Assembly (NCBI GenBank): GCA_944385785.1
Contig: CALWYO010000032.1
Span: forward strand, 1-59,126
Reading direction: 5' to 3'
Source of the DNA: an uncultured Oscillospiraceae bacterium
GTDB taxonomy: Bacteria; Bacillota; Clostridia; Oscillospirales; Oscillospiraceae
DNA: 59,126 bases
How positions within the stretch are numbered: position 1 is the first letter of the stretch; each line of letters opens with the position of its first letter. Below the pieces are notes generated by a model. That model was not told the origin of the DNA and searched no databases. It saw only the letters and a program-made list of their open reading frames with translations. Made by a program: the position numbers and the translations under genes. Below are positions 1 through 8,105 of the stretch, piece by piece.

Positions 1-2
1 AT

Positions 3-302
3 ATTTCAAATCGTGCATATAGTGACCTTGAGAGTGGCAAATACTGTTTTCTGCAATATCATTATTGTTCTTTATAGTTATGTTCTAAGTCAGGAAAATG
101 GTTCTATCCGGAAGCTGTAGAACACTACGCAACAACACCTGAGCGTATTGAAAAGAGTATCTATGAAATTCTCAACACTGTATGGGCAAAAAATCGCAAA
201 TTGCTGGAAACATTAGCTAATTGCCCGCTGAAGAGCAAGCCCACAGCATCAAGGTTTATAGCAATTTTAGCGTCAGTTTTTCACCATAGAATAGTGGCGT
301 AG
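3..302 (+). pseudogene. Spo0A C-terminal (Spo0A_C)-like DNA-binding domain ORF, cut by the window edge and interrupted by an in-frame TAG at 75-77
   Basis: Frame 3 reads ..GKYCFLQYHYCSL*LCSKSGKWFYPEAVEHYATTPERIEKSIYEILNTVWAKNRKLLETLANCPLKSKPTASRFIAILASVFHHRIVA*. This resembles the Spo0A effector-domain pattern LYPDIAKKxNTTxSRVERAIRHAIEVAW...KPTNSEFIA. There is no ATG/GTG/TTG between the TAG and the conserved part. Confidence 0.4.
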
Positions 303-645
303 TAAGAGAGCCTTCACATCCCCGCTAATGCTAAGCGGGAATGTTCTTATTTAGAGGGTGCCGAATTTGATATATCAAATTCATTTTTAATGGCAGTAAC
401 TATATAAAGGCATGCAGGAGAGATGATTAACATTTTAAATAGATACAGAAGCGTTAAAAATGAATGTGACATAAAAGGTGTAGTAATTTAGAATTATCAT
501 ATTCTCTGTGCTCTCCCAGGAGCTGTATTCTGCATGCATTAAAAACGATACCGTTAAGCAATGAAATTCCTGCTTATTGTGAAGTCAAAAAGAGCTGAAA
601 TAGCAAGACAATTTTGGACGATTTAATATTAGCTTTATACTTAAC

Positions 646-680
646 AGAAGCCTCAGAGCCGTTGAGGCTCTGAGGCTTCT
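646..680 (-). terminator. 15-bp perfect stem-loop immediately 3' of tRNA-Lys; likely end of the tRNA operon, though the U-tract is weak
   Basis: agaagcctcagagcc-gttga-ggctctgaggcttct; the stem abuts the 3' end of the last tRNA. Confidence 0.4.
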
Positions 681-683
681 ACA

Positions 684-759
684 TGGTGACCCAGCGGAGA
701 GTCGAACTCCGGACACCCTGCTTAAAAGGCAGGTGCTCTGCCTACTGAGCTACTGGGTC
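684..759 (-). tRNA. tRNA-Lys (anticodon UUU), CCA encoded
   Basis: Reverse complement is GACCCAGTAGCTCAGTAGGCAGAGCACCTGCCTTTTAAGCAGGG..GGTTCGA-like T arm..CTGGGTCACCA. The anticodon loop is CT-TTT-AA and the acceptor stem GACCCAG/CTGGGTC has 7 bp. Confidence 0.9.
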
Positions 760-762
760 AAT

Positions 763-837
763 TGGCAGGGATGGCGGGACTCGAACCCACGAATGCAGGA
801 GTCAAAGTCCTGTGCCTTACCACTTGGCGACATCCCT
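763..837 (-). tRNA. tRNA-Gln (anticodon UUG), CCA encoded
   Basis: Reverse complement is AGGGATGTCGCCAAGTGGTAAGGCACAGGACTTTGACTCCTG..GGGTTCGAGTCCCGCCATCCCTGCCA. The anticodon loop is CT-TTG-AC. Confidence 0.9.
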
Positions 838-897
838 AAGTGATATTTATTTCACTATTGCACTGACGCCATCACTTGACGGCGCCAGTGCTATTAA

Positions 898-975
898 TGG
901 GGTGGGTAATGGGACTCGAACCCACGACACCCGGAACCACAATCCGGTGCTCTAACCAACTGAGCTATACCCACC
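898..975 (-). tRNA. tRNA-His (anticodon GUG) with encoded G-1 and CCA
   Basis: Reverse complement is G-GTGGGTATAGCTCAGTTGGTTAGAGCACCGGATTGTGGTTCCGG..GGGTTCGAGTCCCATTACCCACCCCA. The anticodon loop is TT-GTG-GT, and an extra 5' G pairs with C73. Confidence 0.9.
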
Positions 976-986
976 ATATTTATTTT

Positions 987-1063
<77 letters not shown>

Positions 1064-1119
1064 ATATCTAACGCCTACTAACACGCAGCCCCCAGAGATC
1101 GAAGAGGCGTGACTCAAAA

Positions 1120-1194
1120 TGGAGCGGGTGATGGGAATCGAACCCACGTCCCCAGCTTGGAAGGCTGGTGCACTAGCCGTTGTGCTACACCCGC
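1120..1194 (-). tRNA. tRNA-Gly (anticodon UCC), CCA encoded
   Basis: Reverse complement is GCGGGTGTAGCACAACGGCTAGTGCACCAGCCTTCCAAGCTGG..GGGTTCGATTCCCATCACCCGCTCCA. The anticodon loop is CT-TCC-AA. Confidence 0.9.
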
Positions 1195-1211
1195 ATCAAT
1201 GCGGCTTAAAG

Positions 1212-1241
1212 ATAATAGCACATTTAACCCACTATTGTCAA
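1212..1241 (-). promoter_or_regulatory. Candidate sigma-A promoter of the tRNA operon (TTGACA-18-TATTAT)
   Basis: The minus strand reads TTGACA atagtgggttaaatgtgc TATTAT, about 17 nt upstream of the tRNA-Gly 5' end. Confidence 0.5.
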
Positions 1242-1345
1242 TATTATTTTTATCAATTATATTCAAACCTTATAACATTGTTAGTTTTGTGCGGATTATC
1301 AGACAGCAGGAAAAGGTAATTATGCACTGTAATTTTATTAAAAAT

Positions 1346-1380
1346 TGAATCTGCCCGTCGTTTATCGACGGGCAGATTCA
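1346..1380 (-). terminator. Intrinsic terminator of the 1394-2056 gene
   Basis: tgaatctgcccgtcg-tttat-cgacgggcagattca, followed on the minus strand by ATTTTTAATAAAATT. Confidence 0.75.
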
Positions 1381-1393
1381 TTATATTTAAATG

Positions 1394-2056
1394 TTATGAA
1401 CGGACCCTTATAATACATTCAGCCGTTATGTCGCCAAGGGTTAACGTCAATGTGGCATCTCCAACACCTACTCCGGTCACGCTACCATCCTGGAGAACAA
1501 CAAATACGTTTTCATCGCTGCTGGACCACTCAGGCGTTATGCCTAACGCCTGAAGATCAACATCTTCCGGAGAAGTGACATAGCTTATCGGTTCGGTTAC
1601 ACCAACAGATATGGATATATCAGTAGCGGCATTTCCGTACTGAGTATACAGTGTAACAGAGTTGATGGTTGCTTCGGGGACGGGATCCGTATCAGGCGTA
1701 TTTTCATCAATAGTACCGTCAGGATTAGTTGTGTCGTCGCCATTTTGCTCAGGGTCAGAACCGGGAAGTTGAGTTACTCCTTCGTTAGAACTAATTCCGC
1801 CGTTATTTTCTGGGGGAGTGTTCTCATCAGCACTATTATCGTTTCCAGAGAGTGAGGTGACAAGAAGTACTACTACCGCGGCTATAAGTACTACAAGAAG
1901 CAATACGCCGATTATCAATTTCCAAGTGGAATTATCGGTGTCAGACACACGTTTGCCCTTTTTCCTGCGTCGTGCACCGCAATAAGGACATCTACTTCTT
2001 AACCCAGAGTACTTTCTATCACATCTGCTGCACTTAGTTTGAGGGATTAGTCCCAC
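1394..2056 (-). CDS. Membrane protein with an N-terminal zinc ribbon, one TM segment, an acidic/Pro-rich linker and a C-terminal bacterial Ig-like (Big_2-like) domain
   Basis: CSRCDRKYSGLRSRCPYCG zinc ribbon. TM segment WKLIIGVLLLVVLIAAVVVLLV. The C-terminus (..ITPEWSSSDENVFVVLQDGSVTGVGVGDATLTLTLGDITAECIIRV) is typical of a Big_2 fold. The GTG at 2056 has GGAGGG 7 nt upstream, whereas the longer ORF start at 2107 has no SD. Confidence 0.6.
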   Translation of the reverse strand: MGLIPQTKCSRCDRKYSGLRSRCPYCGARRRKKGKRVSDTDNSTWKLIIGVLLLVVLIAAVVVLLVTSLSGNDNSADENTPPENNGGISSNEGVTQLPGSDPEQNGDDTTNPDGTIDENTPDTDPVPEATINSVTLYTQYGNAATDISISVGVTEPISYVTSPEDVDLQALGITPEWSSSDENVFVVLQDGSVTGVGVGDATLTLTLGDITAECIIRVRS

Positions 2057-2270
2057 TATACGACCCTCCAATCTTAAAACAGTCCCATTTATGGACGTAC
2101 AAATCATTTAAAATTACATAATATTCTACAACATACTTGCGCTTTCGTCAAGACGCATGCTAACTTACATGATTCCATTTTTTGATAGCCGGTGTATTGC
2201 CAAACATGATACGTTTATTTATAATTTTGAGAAGATAAAAAGAAACAGGTTTAAGCCGTGAGGTGATATT

Positions 2271-2840
2271 ATGGTATGGAGCGACGGGATTAACAGGTGT
2301 GTATGGGCAAACCCCAAAAACGAACTTTATATAAAATATCACGATGATGAGTGGGGAGTACCGGTGTTTGACGATCACAAACTTTTCGAAATGCTGATTT
2401 TGGAGTCCTTTCAGGCGGGACTTTCCTGGGAGTGTGTACTGAATAAACGCGAGGCATTCCGCAGGGCTTTTGATGACTTTGACATCAATAAGGTACTGAA
2501 TTACGACGAGGAGAAGCTGACCCAGCTTTCAGCAGATAAAGGAATAATTCGAAACAGGCGCAAGATTGAATCGTCGGTGATAAATGCCAGGGTGTTCCGC
2601 GATATAGCTAAGGAGTGGGGCAGCTTTTCAGAGTACCTGTGGCACTGGACATCAGGGCGTGTGGTGCACGAATACCACTTAACTACATCTCCGCTATCAG
2701 ATGCGATTTCTGCCGACTTAAAAAAACGCGGGATGAAATTTACAGGTTCAATAATGGTGTATTCCTATCTGCAGGCGGTAGGAGTAATCGAATCCCACCA
2801 GGAGGAGTGCTATCTGCATGGTGCAGAAAACTGCCGCTAA
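2271..2840 (+). CDS. tag: DNA-3-methyladenine glycosylase I
   Basis: RCVWANPKNELYIKYHDDEWGVPVFDDHKLFEMLILESFQAGLSWECVLNKREAFRRAF is a typical Tag signature. A C-terminal His/Cys zinc site is present. Confidence 0.9.
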   Translation: MVWSDGINRCVWANPKNELYIKYHDDEWGVPVFDDHKLFEMLILESFQAGLSWECVLNKREAFRRAFDDFDINKVLNYDEEKLTQLSADKGIIRNRRKIESSVINARVFRDIAKEWGSFSEYLWHWTSGRVVHEYHLTTSPLSDAISADLKKRGMKFTGSIMVYSYLQAVGVIESHQEECYLHGAENCR

Positions 2841-3038
2841 TTCTCAAGCGAGATTGTTTCCCAAATAGTAAGGACTCAACTAAAGGATGCGGCAACAATA
2901 TGAAGAAAACCATCACATTGATTTTTGCACTGGCTTGTACAGCATACTCCTTATATGGAATGGTTTAGCGGAATTGAACCAAGTAACTATGGAATAACTT
3001 GAGCGTTACCGTATCTTTTATTAACAATTAATTTGTGG

Positions 3039-3067
3039 TTGATTTTTACTTGGGGAGATGATATACT
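3039..3067 (+). promoter_or_regulatory. Candidate sigma-A promoter (TTGATT-17-TATACT) of an approximately 200-nt leader
   Basis: TTGATT at 3039-3044, an exact 17-nt spacer, then TATACT at 3062-3067. Confidence 0.4.
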
Positions 3068-3244
3068 CTGCTGGAATTACATATTTGTCTTTTTCCGCCG
3101 GGAAGTATTGAGCACTGATTCCGTGTCGTTAGGCCTTTGCAGATACGAAATTGGTGCTTATTTTTATAAGTTTTTAGAAATGCAGTGATTATTAAAAATA
3201 TCAGAATAATACGCCATCCGCAGGGATGGAGCTTTTGTGTATTA

Positions 3245-3277
3245 GGCCTGCGTTGCACAGACGCAGGCCGATTTTTT
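3245..3277 (+). terminator. Intrinsic terminator 20 nt upstream of the 3297 start codon (attenuator-type placement)
   Basis: ggcctgcgt-tgcacag-acgcaggcc followed by gaTTTTTT. An AAGGAG RBS lies at about 3283. Confidence 0.7.
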
Positions 3278-3296
3278 ATATTAAGGAGAAAAGAAT

Positions 3297-3980
3297 ATGT
3301 TGTTACTATTGAGCACCACTGTTACTGCCAGCTTTTTTGACAGCTTGAACCCATCTGCGATAGCACAGCAGATGTTACTCCAGGCTATGGTGAAAAACAA
3401 GAGACATATCTGGTTTTTTATCTGTGGCATAGGCTTGGCAAATTTAATTATGGGATTGGCCATCTATTTGGGGATTGCAGAATGGCTATCAAGAGTATTT
3501 AAAATAATTATAAATACTTACTCGATGCAGGTATATATACTGTCAATAATCTGCGGACTAATTGCAACATTTATAGGTATACGTCTTATTATTAAGATAA
3601 GGCAGAGAAATGTTGATGCAGAAGGAGAGATACAAGTGAGAAGACCTCCAGCTCAGTTATCTCCGGCATCACTGTTTATAATAGGTGCTGCTTTCTGCGT
3701 TGTAGAATTGACAAGTGCATTGCCATACTTTGGCTTTTTGGCAATGCTGGCCAGCTATCATCTGGCATTCCCGCTGGCAATAGCGTTCATATTAGTGTAT
3801 ACTTTGATATACGTATCACCTCTGGCTATACTCTATTTCGGGTATAATAAGTTGAAAGGCACGAAAACAATAGATAAACTGGAAAAAATGTTAAGTAAAG
3901 TGTCTTTATATATAGTTCCAGCGGCGATAACTATTGTGGGAGCTTTTATGATATACTATGGTATAGCGTCATTCGTTTGA
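3297..3980 (+). CDS. Polytopic membrane protein (about 6 TM), GAP/LysE-like small-molecule exporter fold; family uncertain
   Basis: Strong RBS AAGGAG. The translation is hydrophobic with a central charged loop (RQRNVDAEGEIQVRRPP). The N-terminal SFFDSLNPSAIAQ motif supports the call. The family assignment is tentative. Confidence 0.5.
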   Translation: MLLLLSTTVTASFFDSLNPSAIAQQMLLQAMVKNKRHIWFFICGIGLANLIMGLAIYLGIAEWLSRVFKIIINTYSMQVYILSIICGLIATFIGIRLIIKIRQRNVDAEGEIQVRRPPAQLSPASLFIIGAAFCVVELTSALPYFGFLAMLASYHLAFPLAIAFILVYTLIYVSPLAILYFGYNKLKGTKTIDKLEKMLSKVSLYIVPAAITIVGAFMIYYGIASFV

Positions 3981-4270
3981 AACTTCTATTTGGTATACGA
4001 TAATATGACTGTCAAATGACTGAAAGACAGTTAAAAAATAGTAGAAATCATTGTTGTTTATTGAACAACTGTGATTTTCACTATTTTGGTATTTGAAAAG
4101 CCAATTTTACAAAAAAGTCGGATATTTTACACAAAAGACATATAAATTTGATGTACATGGGCCTAATATGTGGTATGATTAAAAACAGTATACATATATG
4201 TAGGCTTTTGGTAAAATATTATTGTCGGTTATGCGCCTATAAAAAGCCGATGAGGGGATTTGGTTTTGAT

Positions 4271-6661
4271 ATGAGTAATAAAAAAATACCGATATCTGAT
4301 TTGGAGCAGAACCCAGCAAAAAAACCGGAGATATATGTGAACAGGGAGCTGTCCTGGCTTAAATTCAATGAGAGAGTCCTTGAAGAGTCGAAGGATGACA
4401 GGAATCCGCTGTTGGAAAGACTTAATTTTGCGGCTATCTTTCAGAGTAACCTTGACGAGTTTTTCATGGTTCGTGTTGGTACGCTTATGGACAGTCTTGA
4501 AGACGGAGTGACCGACGATAAGACGGGGATGACCAGCGCGCAGCAGATTGACAGCATTCTGGCGCGTACAAAGGATCTTCTTGCTGATAGGGATCTGTCA
4601 TATAAGAGGATTATGCGTGAGCTGTCGGGCTTTGGAGTAGAATTGTGCCGTTTTGACAGTTTGCAGGATAAGACTCAGGCATACCTGGAGAAGTATTTTA
4701 TGTCGGACGTTATGCCGATCTTATCTCCGCAGATAGTTGGGCGAAAGCAGCCGTTTCCTTTTTTAAGAAATAAGGAGATATATGCTGTAGCTCTCCTCCG
4801 CACCAAGAATGGTGGAAACAGTATGGGAATAGTACCGTGTGGAGATAATGCACTGCGGCGGCTTGTACCGTTGCAGGAGGAGGGCCTCAGATTTGTGCTT
4901 ATGGAGGACTTAATCCTTCATTTCCTGCCGAAAATATTCGAGCACTATAAAATTGACAATACAGCCTTAATACGTATGGTGAGAAGCGCCGATATATCCA
5001 TTGATGAATCTTCAGATGCTGATGATATGTCCGCTGAAGATTACAGAAAAAGCATGGAAAAACTTATATCCCGTAGGAAAAGATTAAATCCGGTGAAACT
5101 GGAATATAAGGGAAAGATGGATGCTGATATTGAAAGCAGGCTTTGCAAGTATCTGAACCTGTCGAAAAAGCATATTTTTGCCAGCAGTATACCGCTGGAT
5201 CTGTCGTTTTCCGGATCCTTGAGAGATGTGCTCCGTGATAAAAACGAGCTCTTTTATCAGAGACGTGTACCCCAAAACTCGGTGAATGTTGACCTCTCCA
5301 AACCGATGATCTCTCAGATACGCCATCGGGATATATTGCTTGCGTATCCATACGAGAGCATAAGGCCGTTTCTGAGATTATTGCAGGAAGCAGGACAGGA
5401 CCCAAAAGTCGTATCAATTAAAATGACTTTATACCGTGTGGCGGTAAACAGCAAGATAGTTGAGGCGCTTGTGGATGCTGTAGAGAACGGAAAAGAGGTT
5501 GTAGTACTGGTTGAACTCCGTGCCAGATTTGATGAAGAGAACAACATAGGCTGGTCAAGAGTACTGGAACAAGCCGGATGCCGCGTTATATACGGCCTTG
5601 ACAGGATGAAAGTCCACTCAAAACTTACTCTTATTACTCGCGTCCATGGAGAACAAGTTGAGTATATAACACAGGTGGGCACGGGAAATTATAATGAGGA
5701 TACGGTGAGACTTTATACGGACTTTTCCCTTATGACGGCATCCCATGAAATAGGTGCTGAAGCGGCCCGCGTGTTTAATTGCCTGTCTCTCGGGGAAGTA
5801 ATCGAGGATACAAAAAACCTTTTGGTGGCTCCGGCATGTCTTAGGTCCAGAATAATCGAGATGATCGACGATGAGATAAACAGGGCGGCGTCCGGTCAGG
5901 AGGCGTATCTGGGGTTTAAATTAAACGGTCTTACAGATAAGGGAATTATTGATAAACTGATAGAAGCCTCTCAGAATGGGGTTCATGTGGATCTGCTTGT
6001 GCGCGGTATGTGCTGCCTGGTGGGTGGTATACCTGGAAAAACTGAAAATATACACGTTTACAGCATAGTAGGAAGATATTTGGAACATGACAGGATATAT
6101 ATTTTTGGTACGCAGGGAAGGAGAAGCGTATATATATCCTCTGCTGACTTTATGACCCGTAATACGATGAGAAGAGTGGAAGTCGCGGCTCCGCTATATG
6201 ACGACGATATACGCCATAGGGTGGAACAGATGTTCTTTGATCAGCTTAGAGATAATGTGAAACTGCGTATGCAACGGGCTGATGGGAAGTACGTCTATAA
6301 AACAGATGGGGATGAACCATTCTGCTCTCAGGAGTATTTTATTGAGGAAGCATACAATGGCGCCTGGGCGGTGGCACCGGAGGAAAAAACAGCTGATAAG
6401 GTTGAGCCAGAGATGCCAGATAATGAAAAAGGAAATGAGCCGGTTGTCAATATTGTAGAAATAGACCAACCTGTGGAGAAAATTGAAGTTCAGATAAACG
6501 CCCAGGTCAAACCTGTCGAAGAGGAAGAGAGAGCAGATAAACAGGAGGAGACAGACATAGACAGTACGAAGACAGAACTGCGGCCGCAGGTAAGAGTAGT
6601 TCCGGGTAAAAGCTATTCCGGTGGTATCAGAGGTGTTCTGCGTCGTATTTTTGGAAAATAG
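4271..6661 (+). CDS. ppk: Polyphosphate kinase 1 with an approximately 95-aa acidic C-terminal extension
   Basis: YVNRELSWLKFNERVLEE N-terminus, a full-length PPK1-like body and two PLD-like C domains (..VHSKLTLI.. and ..YLEHDRIYIFG..). The start was chosen at MSNKK (4271) rather than the ORF-track start at 4148. Confidence 0.9.
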   Translation: MSNKKIPISDLEQNPAKKPEIYVNRELSWLKFNERVLEESKDDRNPLLERLNFAAIFQSNLDEFFMVRVGTLMDSLEDGVTDDKTGMTSAQQIDSILARTKDLLADRDLSYKRIMRELSGFGVELCRFDSLQDKTQAYLEKYFMSDVMPILSPQIVGRKQPFPFLRNKEIYAVALLRTKNGGNSMGIVPCGDNALRRLVPLQEEGLRFVLMEDLILHFLPKIFEHYKIDNTALIRMVRSADISIDESSDADDMSAEDYRKSMEKLISRRKRLNPVKLEYKGKMDADIESRLCKYLNLSKKHIFASSIPLDLSFSGSLRDVLRDKNELFYQRRVPQNSVNVDLSKPMISQIRHRDILLAYPYESIRPFLRLLQEAGQDPKVVSIKMTLYRVAVNSKIVEALVDAVENGKEVVVLVELRARFDEENNIGWSRVLEQAGCRVIYGLDRMKVHSKLTLITRVHGEQVEYITQVGTGNYNEDTVRLYTDFSLMTASHEIGAEAARVFNCLSLGEVIEDTKNLLVAPACLRSRIIEMIDDEINRAASGQEAYLGFKLNGLTDKGIIDKLIEASQNGVHVDLLVRGMCCLVGGIPGKTENIHVYSIVGRYLEHDRIYIFGTQGRRSVYISSADFMTRNTMRRVEVAAPLYDDDIRHRVEQMFFDQLRDNVKLRMQRADGKYVYKTDGDEPFCSQEYFIEEAYNGAWAVAPEEKTADKVEPEMPDNEKGNEPVVNIVEIDQPVEKIEVQINAQVKPVEEEERADKQEETDIDSTKTELRPQVRVVPGKSYSGGIRGVLRRIFGK

Positions 6662-6688
6662 GCTGGGAGCCTTATAGAAACAGCGTGT

Positions 6689-6733
6689 AAAAAATTATGG
6701 CGGCGTTTTAACTAAACGCCGCCATAATTTTTT
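6689..6733. terminator. Bidirectional terminator between convergent ppk and pfk
   Basis: aaaaaattatggcggcgtttt-aactaa-aacgccgccataatttttt; an A-tract and a T-tract flank the stem. Confidence 0.8.
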
Positions 6734-6770
6734 ATGACGATATAAAAAGCGATTACGACAAGTTAAATAA

Positions 6771-7856
6771 TCACTCATCACCAAAACTGGTGCCCAACAA
6801 TCTTGCTTCAGCAATGATGTCAGAGGAGGGATCAACTACTTTCAGTTTGCCGGCAATGTCCGAAAGAGGTACGGGCACAACACGTCTGTTTTTTATTGCC
6901 ATCATGACGCCAAACTTGCCCTTGGAGATGCACAGCGCAGCTGCAGCGCCAAGACGAGAAGAGAGTATACGGTCATAAGAACATGGAGTTCCGCCGCGCT
7001 GCATATGGCCGGGAACTGTGACGCGGGCCTCTCTGCCTGTGGCTTCTTCAATCTGAGCGGCTATTTCGTACGATATGGAAGGGTATGATTTGAGCATCTC
7101 CTTGACTCTCTTTTTGTACTCCTTCTTCGAGAGTTTAGCGTCTTCAACTGTCTTTGCGCCTTCGGCGACAGCGATTATGGTAAAACCGTGTCCCTGGGCG
7201 GCACGCTGCTTGACTTTGCTTATAACTGACTCGATTTTATATGGTATCTCAGGAATGAGTATGATATCAGCGCCACCGGCAATTCCGGCGTTTAGTGTGA
7301 GCCAGCCGGCTTTGTGGCCCATAATTTCGACAATAAAGATTCTATTGTGAGAGGCGGCAGTAGTGTGTATGCAATCGATGACGTGGGTTGCAAGAGATAC
7401 GGCGCTTTGAAAACCAAAAGTTATATCAGTGCCCCAAATGTCATTATCGATGGTTTTAGGGAGGCCAATTACATTTAACCCTTCTTCACTTAAAAGATTT
7501 GAGGTTTTTTGACTTCCATTTCCGCCTAACACAACAAGACAATCAAGCTTTAATTTACGATATGTGTCTTTCATGGCCTCGACTTTATCCAGGCCGTTGG
7601 CGTCGGGCATACGCATCAGTTTGAATGGCTGACGGCTTGAACCCAAAATTGTGCCGCCCTGGGTCAAAAGATTCGTAAAATCTGAAGGGGATAACTGCCT
7701 GTAGTTATTATACATTAGACCTTTATATCCATCAATAAATCCGTAAATCTCGACTTTATCACCATAGATGTTGTAAAGGGATTTACCGACTCCTCTTAAT
7801 GTTGCGTTTAACGCCTGACAGTCGCCGCCGCTGGTTAATATGCCAACCCTAGTCAT
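6771..7856 (-). CDS. pfkA: 6-phosphofructokinase (PfkA family; phosphoryl donor not assignable from sequence)
   Basis: MTRVGILTSGGDCQALNA, VLGGNGS, GLPKTIDNDI and MGHKAGW motifs. Confidence 0.85.
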   Translation of the reverse strand: MTRVGILTSGGDCQALNATLRGVGKSLYNIYGDKVEIYGFIDGYKGLMYNNYRQLSPSDFTNLLTQGGTILGSSRQPFKLMRMPDANGLDKVEAMKDTYRKLKLDCLVVLGGNGSQKTSNLLSEEGLNVIGLPKTIDNDIWGTDITFGFQSAVSLATHVIDCIHTTAASHNRIFIVEIMGHKAGWLTLNAGIAGGADIILIPEIPYKIESVISKVKQRAAQGHGFTIIAVAEGAKTVEDAKLSKKEYKKRVKEMLKSYPSISYEIAAQIEEATGREARVTVPGHMQRGGTPCSYDRILSSRLGAAAALCISKGKFGVMMAIKNRRVVPVPLSDIAGKLKVVDPSSDIIAEARLLGTSFGDE

Positions 7857-8105
7857 TTTTCTTAGCTCCCCTCAAAAAATTTTGTTGCCAAACCAATAAA
7901 TCTGCTTTATCATAGTTTTCGGAATCGTTATCGCAGCCAATATTTATCGTATAAAGATGGCTTTTGAATATTATACCATATATGCCTTAAAATATAAATA
8001 TTTTTTTGGATAATTTGCAATGTTATGGGAAGGGTATTGTGACAGTTTTGCAGCTTTAATGGTTTTATGAGAGCTGACATTTTGTTGGTGGGTGTTTAGA
8101 TAAAA

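Noticed and set aside
1109-1348. Two ORFs (79 and 66 aa) on the plus strand
   Set aside because: They are antisense to tRNA-Gly and run across the tRNA-operon promoter region. They have no RBS and are artefacts of the open frame over a tRNA.
2900-2968. 22-codon ORF MKKTITLIFALACTAYSLYGMV downstream of tag
   Set aside because: The SD-like AAAGGA lies 12 nt away, the lipobox is non-canonical, and the mature peptide would be only about 8 aa. Nothing beyond an open frame supports it.
4148-4270. 41-codon N-terminal extension of the ppk ORF
   Set aside because: The extension is Cys/Ile-rich and unlike any PPK N-terminus. The conserved NRELSWLKFNERVL block begins shortly after the internal ATG at 4271.
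5064-5682. Three antisense ORFs (80-122 aa) inside ppk
   Set aside because: They lie entirely within a well-supported CDS on the opposite strand. Their composition is low-complexity and they have no RBS.
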